Positions 49,443 to 58,400 of a stretch of 64,000 nt of DNA are shown piece after piece (the first letter of the stretch is position 1; each line of letters starts with the position of its first letter). The notes below the pieces were generated by a model. That model was given only the letters and a program-made list of their open reading frames with translations, had not been told where the DNA came from and made no database searches. The translations under genes and the position numbers were made by a program. Source of the DNA: Marinilabiliaceae bacterium JC017 (lineage in GTDB: Bacteria; Bacteroidota; Bacteroidia; Bacteroidales; Marinilabiliaceae); contig RHGE01000010.1 of assembly GCA_004296775.1 (NCBI GenBank), positions 39,250 through 103,249 on the forward strand, in the 5' to 3' direction.

Positions 49443-50606
49443 ATGAATCAAGTTATATCAACCGAAAACCGACCTATAAAAATGTGGTTGGATGAGATCG
49501 AAGAAAATGCTTTAACCCAGGCAAAAAATCTGGCAAATCTGCCGTTTGTCCACAGGCATGTGGCATTAATGCCTGATGCTCACTGCGGGTATGGGATGCC
49601 CATTGGCGGTGTGTTGGCTGCTAAAGGGGTGATTATTCCCAATGCCGTTGGTGTAGACATTGGGTGTGGGATGTGTGCCATGCGCACTTCCCTGGAAGAT
49701 CTGGATACAGAAACGCTGAAGCGCATCATGAGTCATGTCAGACAACGTATTCCCATGGGATTCGACTGGCATAAAGAGAAGCAGGATGAAGCGCTGATGC
49801 CCTTGCGGGATAAATTACCATTGATCACCGAACGACATTATACTAAAGCATTGTATCAGTTAGGTTCCTTAGGTGGGGGAAACCATTTTATTGAAATACA
49901 ACATGGTTCAGATGGGGCTGTTTGGATAATGATTCATTCCGGGAGCCGAAACCTGGGGAAGCAGGTGGCTGATTACTACAATAAGTTGGCGAAACGTCTG
50001 AATGCACGCTGGCATTCAAATGTGCCGGTTTCCTGGGATCTGGCTTTTCTCCCCATTGAAACCAATGAGGCGCATGCTTACTTTGATGAGATGAAATATT
50101 GTGTAGAGTTTGCTTTTGCTAATCGAAAGCTGATGATGGAGAGGGTGAAGCAGTGTTTTCTGGAAGTGTTGAGAGGTGAGGTGCAGTTTGATGAAATGAT
50201 TAATATTGCCCACAACTATGTGGCTTGGGAGAACCACTTCAACGAAAATGTGCTGGTACACCGTAAAGGTGCTACACGTGCTAAAGCAGGGGAAACGGGC
50301 ATCATTCCCGGCTCACAAGGTACTAAATCGTATATTACTGAAGGAGTAGGAGCACCTGAGAGTTTTGAATCCTGTTCCCATGGGGCTGGACGAAAAATGG
50401 GGCGTAAACAGGCACAACGTGAACTGAATTTGGAGAGTGAAATCAAACGTCTTAATGATAAAGGTATTGTACATGACATTCGTGGTGTGCATGACCTGGA
50501 TGAAGCAGCAGGAGCTTACAAAGATATTGACACTGTGATGGCTAACCAGCAGGATTTGGTGAAGGTTAAAGTGGAGCTTGAGCCGTTGGCTGTTGTGAAA
50601 GGTTGA
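49443..50606 (+). CDS. rtcB: RtcB-family RNA ligase (short form, 387 aa).
   Basis: Contains 'MPDAHCGYGMPIGGV' and 'GGGNHFIEIQ', which are RtcB metal- and GTP-binding motifs. Confidence 0.85.
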   Translation: MNQVISTENRPIKMWLDEIEENALTQAKNLANLPFVHRHVALMPDAHCGYGMPIGGVLAAKGVIIPNAVGVDIGCGMCAMRTSLEDLDTETLKRIMSHVRQRIPMGFDWHKEKQDEALMPLRDKLPLITERHYTKALYQLGSLGGGNHFIEIQHGSDGAVWIMIHSGSRNLGKQVADYYNKLAKRLNARWHSNVPVSWDLAFLPIETNEAHAYFDEMKYCVEFAFANRKLMMERVKQCFLEVLRGEVQFDEMINIAHNYVAWENHFNENVLVHRKGATRAKAGETGIIPGSQGTKSYITEGVGAPESFESCSHGAGRKMGRKQAQRELNLESEIKRLNDKGIVHDIRGVHDLDEAAGAYKDIDTVMANQQDLVKVKVELEPLAVVKG

Positions 50607-50725
50607 TGGCTATGATACTTTGTAAAAAGAAGAAACCGGACAACTCGAAATAGTTGTGCGGTTTCTTTTGAAAAAACTATTATACAAATAGTGCTTTTTT
50701 TGTGGTTATTTCATTGAAATTCTGC

Positions 50726-51124
50726 TTAAGCATGTTCAGCGGCATGCGCTTCATTAACAAATGCACACATGTTAGAGATTTCCTGTTTAAATTGTTCCAT
50801 GTCAATCTGTAAACCATTTATGTAAGCGCTCCAGCCGGCGGTGTTTTTTGCGTAATGGACAGCCTCTTCAATTTCTTCTGGGGTGGCACCAAATAGAATA
50901 GCCAATTGGGTATGGAAAAACAGACAATATTGGCATTTTGAGACGGCTGAAATACCCAGGCCAATTAGTTCTTTGTACTTATTCGGAATGGCAGTTTCTT
51001 CTACAACAACTTTTTTAAATAAGTTCCATTCTAATTCTAATGTATTATCCGGTACCTTTGTCATAAAGGTTGGAACAAGGCCAAACATTCCCTTAATTTC
51101 CTGATAAACTTCTTCCCTATTCAT
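50726..51124 (-). CDS. Carboxymuconolactone decarboxylase/AhpD-like family protein.
   Basis: 132 aa. The 'SKCQYCLFFH' CxxC segment is typical of the CMD/AhpD fold. Confidence 0.7.
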   Translation of the reverse strand: MNREEVYQEIKGMFGLVPTFMTKVPDNTLELEWNLFKKVVVEETAIPNKYKELIGLGISAVSKCQYCLFFHTQLAILFGATPEEIEEAVHYAKNTAGWSAYINGLQIDMEQFKQEISNMCAFVNEAHAAEHA

Positions 51125-51518
51125 AACGACAGATTTTAATTAGACAATAATCAAATTGTTCTTTTTGATCTAAACTATCATGCCAATATACTTCCTCAGC
51201 GATGTATTGAAAAGGGGTTTAGTGTTAAAAAAGAAAAAAAGACAAATAAATCTTTAAATCATCAATCTAATCATGTATATCTATGGTGAATAGGATAATA
51301 GATTAGAAAAAAGGCGGTTCGACAGGGATGAACGGTATCTTTTAATGTTTGTTTTTTATGCACTATTTTTATGTCTTAATGTTTACATCCATCTATTCGT
51401 TGAATTTTTGTAATTATTTGATAGATAGCTTGAGATTATTTTATAGCCATACAATAGATCTAGATGTAAATCATTCAAGGTCCATAATCTAACGATCTGT
51501 TAATCTAGTTTTAACCTA

Positions 51519-51908
51519 TTAAACAGCTGCCACATATACCCATTTACCTTTTTCACGCTCAAAGAGTGATTTTTCATGGATTTGGTCCATCTTACCATTT
51601 TCAAGAAACAGGGCACGAAATTCCACGTAGCCCTTTTTATCTGTTGCCTGGCCTGCTTTGGTGCTTAAAAGCACCAGACCCATCCATTGTACTGACTGGG
51701 CCCATTTTTGAATGTTCTTTCTTTCCTTTATGGGCCGTGTTTTAGAATGATGGCTGCGCATTAAATAGTCCACATTGGCTATCGTGAATGCAGTGTAACG
51801 TGATCGCATTAATTCTTCGGCCGTTAGGGCTTCTTTCTTTCCTGTTATAATTAACTCGCAGCAATCCTGATAATTGCAGTTTGAACCGCAAGGGCATGGT
51901 GTTGTCAT
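51519..51908 (-). CDS. ychJ: YchJ-family (UPF0225) protein with a SEC-C metal-binding motif.
   Basis: 'CPCGSNCNYQDCC...LMRSRYTAF' closely matches E. coli YchJ. Confidence 0.8.
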   Translation of the reverse strand: MTTPCPCGSNCNYQDCCELIITGKKEALTAEELMRSRYTAFTIANVDYLMRSHHSKTRPIKERKNIQKWAQSVQWMGLVLLSTKAGQATDKKGYVEFRALFLENGKMDQIHEKSLFEREKGKWVYVAAV

Positions 51909-52441
51909 CTGTTTTTTTTTGCGGAATCTAAGGTTTTTGTTTCAATTCTCAAACGCAAGGTGCCGCTTATTTGGATTATGAATCTTTATTGGTTTCGATA
52001 TCTTTAATAGTCAGTGATTATGAAAAGTTTCTAAAAAGTGAAGAATTCGTTCATAAAGTAAAAAAAGTGTACGACTTAATGTTGTTTTACCCTTTTATTA
52101 AATACTTTTGCCGTCGTTTTGGTGACCTCAGGGATATTCATTCCTGAAGTTGAAAAGGGAATACCGTGAGAACCGGTAACAGTACCCGCTGCTGTGATTC
52201 CTGTGATAGTTTTAGTTATTCTCCGCCACTGTTAGCATAAATTAGTTAATGGGAAGGCAACTAAAACCGGGATAAGTCAGAAGACCTGCCAATATAATAT
52301 AGTATATCCGTCCGCTTTCGGGATTAAATGCTGGATATTAACTGTTTGTTAGTTATCTCTGTTTCCTGTTTGATTGATAATGAGTCCGTCTATTGATGGA
52401 GTAATATCAATTGTTAGTTAAGTGCCGGGTGTATTTTATTA

Positions 52442-55400
52442 TTGATTTTTAGTTTTTTAAATCAAAATAAGATGAGGAAGGTTTACTTATTATTAATTTT
52501 TGCGTTTCTGAATATTCTATATCTGAATGCGCAGGAAATTTTCAATGAAGGATTTGAAGATTCTTTCAGCTCAAGCGGATGGCTCCACGAAAAGGATGCT
52601 GGTAATTCATATGGCTGGCGAATATTAAAGAGTAGTACGCATTGTATTAACGCTCCACATGCAGGCGAAAAGTTCGTTGAATTTGAAAGTTATTTTACAA
52701 CAGCGGGTAAAGGTGCAATGTTGATTTCTCCAACTGTTAAGGTACCGGATAAGTTATTCAGGCTTGACTTTTATTCGGTTGTAAGTGGTCGTAGTAATGG
52801 ATTACATGTGGATTTGTCAATGGACGGGGGTGCGACATGGACAGAAGATGTTTTGTCTATTGAAAAAACTGCAAAAGAGACTCAGTGGACCAGGCACAAT
52901 GTTGATATTTCCGAATATTTACCTTGTGAAAACTTAAAAATCAGGTTTCGTGCTATCTCTTCCTGTGGTTCTGGGAAGTGTAACATTGCTCTGGATGATG
53001 TGAGGATTTATAAGCCGCAGGATATGGTTTACCAATCAGGTACTACGGTTCAAAATAATACATCTGTTGTAGCCATTGGAAGCCAGGATGCTGAAGTAAT
53101 AGGTGTGAAAATTAATTGTAAGGGAGCATTGTTACCTTTATCTGTTAATGGATTAACGTTTGATCTTAGTTCATCCACGCAGATTTCTGATATCACAAAA
53201 GCAAAGGTTTATTATACTGGTAGTGCTTCTGTTTTTAAAACAGATCACCTTTACAGCGAGGTAAGTAATATTGCAACAGGTATAGCATTGAGTGGAAATC
53301 AGGAATTGGTTGAGGGAGATAACTATTTCTGGTTGGCTTTTGATATTTCTGCCGATGCTGCGGATGGTAATGTGATTGATGCCGGATGTAATAAAATAAA
53401 AATAGGCTCTGACGAAAAGGTACCTGGTATGGTTAATCCGGATGGTAACCGGGTTCTTAAAAATATGGTGTTGATGAGTAAAGGCACTAAAAACATCAAG
53501 GTTAATAAAACAGTTGTTTTTTATGATGATGGTGGACCATTAGGAAATTATTCAAAGCAATTTGATGGTGTTGTCATCTTTGAACCAATTGATGACAGTC
53601 ATAAGGTTCAAATCGATTTTAGTAAATTTAAAACTGGTTCCCTACATACACTTACCATTTATGATGGTAACAGCACGGCAGCTGAAAAAATTGATGTGTA
53701 TAGTGGATCTACTAGTCTTGGTTTGATAAAATCTACTTCAGATGATGGTTGTCTGACTGTTAAATTTCATGTTGGCTATTCTGAAGGGCAGGAAGGTTGG
53801 GAGGCTGAAGTTTCCAACTACCAGCCTCAATCGATGACTTATGTTTCCAGTAATGCTTTTCAGGATAATTTAGATGCGCTTTCGCCGGGAGATGTAAAAA
53901 ATGAGCTTATTGGTTGTTGTGTCAGTACACAAGGTCTGCTTTCTCCGCTTACAGCAAAAAGTCTTTTATTAAGCTTTTCAGGTACAACCAACTTGGCTGA
54001 TATTGAAAAAGTAACACTTTTTTACGGGAAGGAAACCAAAAATTTTAATTCTTCTGGGAATATCAAGGTTGCCGAAATCACGGATTTACAGAACGAACAA
54101 TTAACCATTGATTTCTCGCGTCCCTTGGTGACAGGTAAAAACTACTTCTGGGTGGCTGTTGATATTGCTGCATCAGCTGGGCATACCAATATTGTGGATG
54201 CCCGAATTACAAAGGTGAATATCTCACAGAGTGATTATATGCCCGAAAAAAGTAACCCTGAAGGTAGCCGACAAATCCTTCGTATCTATCAGATGGAAAA
54301 GGATAAAGAAATAATTACTTCAGGAGGATTGTTTTATGATAATGGTGGAGCCTCAGGTAATTATTCGGGCAGTTTTGATGGTTGTATGATATTTAAGCCC
54401 TTAAATCCGAAAAATAAAATACGGATGAGTTTCAGCATGCTTGACATTAAAGAAGGTTGGAATGCATCAGAGGATTATTTAATTATTTATGATGGACCTG
54501 ATAAGAATGCACCTGAATTGGGTAAGTTTTATGGACAGACTTTGCCGCCTGTTCTAACTTCAACAGCTTCGGATGGTAGTTTGTGTATTTATTTTAAAGC
54601 AAATAGTTGGTCTAATGCCAAAGGGTGGGAAGCTAAGATTAGCGAATATATTCCCAAGGATATGGAATTTATTGGTTCTGAAATAATTCCTTTTTCGGAC
54701 GAAGGTGTATGTAAAGGAGCAATGGATCAACCTATTATTGGTTTAAAACTGAATGTTGAAGGTTCTTTGAAACCATTGAGTTGTCAGCAAATTAAAATTG
54801 ATACCAAAGGCACTCAAGGCATTAATAAGATTAAGCTTTATTCCACCGGGAAAAAGGATCTTTTCAATAATGATAATCTGGTTGGAGAAAAAATAGTAGA
54901 AGGAGAAAGTGTTACGTTTGATGTTGATCAAACCTTTCTTGAAGGCATTAATTATTATTGGGTGGCTTACGATGTTTCCCCTGATGCCAATGAAGGAGAT
55001 CGTCTTAAGGCGGATTGCAGCGAATTGGTTATTTCCGGAATAAAATATAGTAACACTGATGCGCAGCTAGCCGGGCGAGAAGTAATAAATTACGTTAATA
55101 TGCCGGTGACAACCAATAATGTGGTGGTGGTTAATGATGAAATATTATTCCTTGATGATGGTGGAAAAGAGAATCCACATGGTAAGGATGTGAAGGGTTC
55201 TATTGTGTTCAAGCCTGCTGACCCCTCAAAAAAAGTAAAAGTTGAATTCAGTGAATTTGAATTGCAAAATTATGGTGTAGATTTTTATGTTTTTAATGGG
55301 CAGGAAACCAACGGTAGTAATACCATTGCTAATTTAAAAGGCAGTGATATACCTGATCCGGTAAAGTCCACTTCAGCGGATGGGGCTTTAAGATTTTATT

Positions 55401-58400
55401 TTAAATCAGCTTCAATGTTTACTCAAAAACCGGGGTGGGTCAGTAGAGTATACTGTTATGAGCCGCGTTCGTTATTTTTAGAGAGAGCAGTGGCCATACA
55501 AAAGGAGCGGAAATTTCTAAGGCCAGAAGCAAAGGATCAGGTTATTTTGGGAGTAGAGTTAAATATTGCCGGGGAGCAAGATGAGCTTAATGTTCAGAAA
55601 TTGACTTTTTCCACCGAGGGATGTACCAAATCAACAGATATTTCTTCTGCCAAATTATATTATACAAGCAATGATGAAGAATTTTCTACCGATGAAAAAA
55701 TAGGTGAAGTGAAGGCTCCTTTTGGGGATTTTACTTTTGAACTTGATAAAACGATTAAGGCGGAAGGTACTTATCATTTCTGGTTATGCTTCGATATTGC
55801 AGTGGATGCTAAGCCAGGGGATATTGTGGATGCAATATTAAAATCAATTACTGTTGATGGTCAAACAGTAACCGTTGAAAAAGGAAATCCTATTGGAAAG
55901 CGTGTTATTCGTAAGGCTCTTAATGGTGCTTATTCCATTAGTAACGATTTAAGTGTTGATGCCGACTTTATTTCATTTTCCGAAGCTGCAGAAGCGCTTA
56001 ATGTATTAGGTATTACCGGAGATGTAACTTTTAATGTTGCTGACGGTGAATATGAAGATGCTTTTGTATTGAATGAAGTAACCGGTTCGTCTGTGGACAA
56101 CCAGATCGTATTTAAATCGGTCTCAGGGAATCGAAATAAGGTGGTTGTAAAATATTTCGGGAAACCGAAAGCGCCTTCTCTGATGATTTTGGATGGTGCC
56201 GATTATGTGACATTTGAAGGAATGACATTTAAAAATACCGGTGTAACTTATGGGCGTATTGTGGAGATTTATAATGAAGCGAACTGTAATAAGTTTATTA
56301 ATAATGTATTTGAAGGAGTAGAGGCTTCAGATTACGACTCTGATCACTATAAAACCATTATATATGGAGGCGGTTATGACTGCAAATCACTTGATAATAA
56401 TAATGAATTCAGAGGAAACCACTTTAAGGAGGGGAATATTGCCGTTTATTTAAAAGGGGTTAATGCAATTTCAGAATTTGAAACAGGCTTGATTTTAGCG
56501 AATAATACTTTTGAAAATCAATACTCCAAGTCTGTTTATCTGAATTGTCAGGATCATTTGGTCATTGAAGGCAATAGCTTTATTCAATCAGATAATAAAG
56601 GAGATTTTAAAGCCATTGATGTTTTTCAAAGTCACAAAGATGTGAAGGTGGTGGCCAATAAGTTTAATCTTAATTGTGGCTCTAATAAATGTACAGGGAT
56701 TTTGCTGCGAAATTTCAACTCGGTGGACGAATCGAAAACAATCGTTTTTAACAATCTTGTATATGTTAAGTCTGGGAATTTTAGCTATGGCGTTCATCTT
56801 AGTGATATCGACTTTATTGATCTGCTTCATAATACTGTGAAAATAGATGGGAGTGGGACTTCTTCCAAAGGACTTTATATTGAAAAGGGGCGAAGTTCTG
56901 TTATTGATCATTTAAGAATCATCAACAATATCTTCTCTATCTATACGGGAGGTTATGCCATTTGGAGTAAGGCAGAAGGTACCAATACGATTATTTCAAA
57001 CAACGACTACTATTCCGATAATACGGCTGAGCATTTTATCAAATACGGCGCTATTGAGGTGAATTCACTGGAGGCTTTTCAAACTGCATTCCCGGCTGAT
57101 GCCAATTCAATTAGTGTGGATCCTGGGTTTAATTCTGAGACGGACTTACACATTTCCGGTACAAATCTTCGTTTCGGACGTCCGGTGGAAAATGTTATGG
57201 AAGACTTCGATGGTGAGCTGCGGAATGCTGCTACGCCTTATATCGGAGCCGATGAAATACCCGATGCGACCTTTGAAGGAGGATATCCTAAATTTGAGGA
57301 GGTCACCGCTGTCAGTGCTGATATGTTGGTGAAATCCAATGAAACTGGTGAGGTCTATTTCCTTCTGTTGCCCAAGGGAGCTGAGTTACCTTCCAAGGCT
57401 CAGATAAAAGCCGGTAAGGATGCCAATGACCAGGAACCTTTGAAAAAAGGAAACATAGCCATCGAAGCGAATAGGGAAGGAAAAACCAGTATTACAGGTT
57501 TAACCGAAAAGACTGCGTACGACGTGGTATTGGTGGAGGAGAAAGCCAATGGAGGCTTTTCAGGCATCCTGCGTCTTTGTTTAGCTACGCTGGATATTAC
57601 TGCGCCTGAGTTTATCAATGAAACGCCTGAGTTGGTTCAGGTATCTGATCAGGATGCTTTATTTAAGGCAGAAATTAATGAACCGGGATTTATTTACTAT
57701 GCACTTTGTGATAACAGTGTTGAAACATTGAGTGTGGAGTATGTAATGAATGGAAATAATTCCATCGCGTTTGGTAAAATCAATGCTGATAAAGAGAATG
57801 AAATTCCATGTAACCAATTAAATGCCGCAACTAATTACAATCTTTTTGTTGTTGCACAGGATGATCAGCCCAATGCGAACACACAGAGCAATGTTGCTAA
57901 AATCAGTTTTAAAACTTTAAACAGCATTGGGGTTAGTAACTTTGTGGCACAGGCAGTGCAAGGAAGCCGAATTAATCTGGCCTGGGAACAACCGTCGCAG
58001 GCGCAAAATGTGTTGGTGGTTTACTCCACCGATAACAATTTTGGCCGTCCTCAAACCGGAGAAAGTTACCAGGCAGGCGATCTTTTGGGTGATGGCGGAA
58101 CCGTGCTCTACTCCGGAAAAGGCAAGTCTTTCAATCACACCGGTATTGAATCCGGGCACACCTATTATTATCGGATTTATACATATAGTAAGGATAGAGA
58201 GTATTCGCAATATGTAGAGGATTATGCTGTATTGAAATACGATAAATGGACCGTACTGGTTTATCTGGATGGGGATAATAATTTGGAAGGCAATGCCATT
58301 AAGGATATTAACGAGATGGAGAGTGTGGATTTGCCCGAAAACGTAAATGTTATCGTTCAAATGGACAGGTCACCTTCTGAAGATTATTCAAATGGCAACT

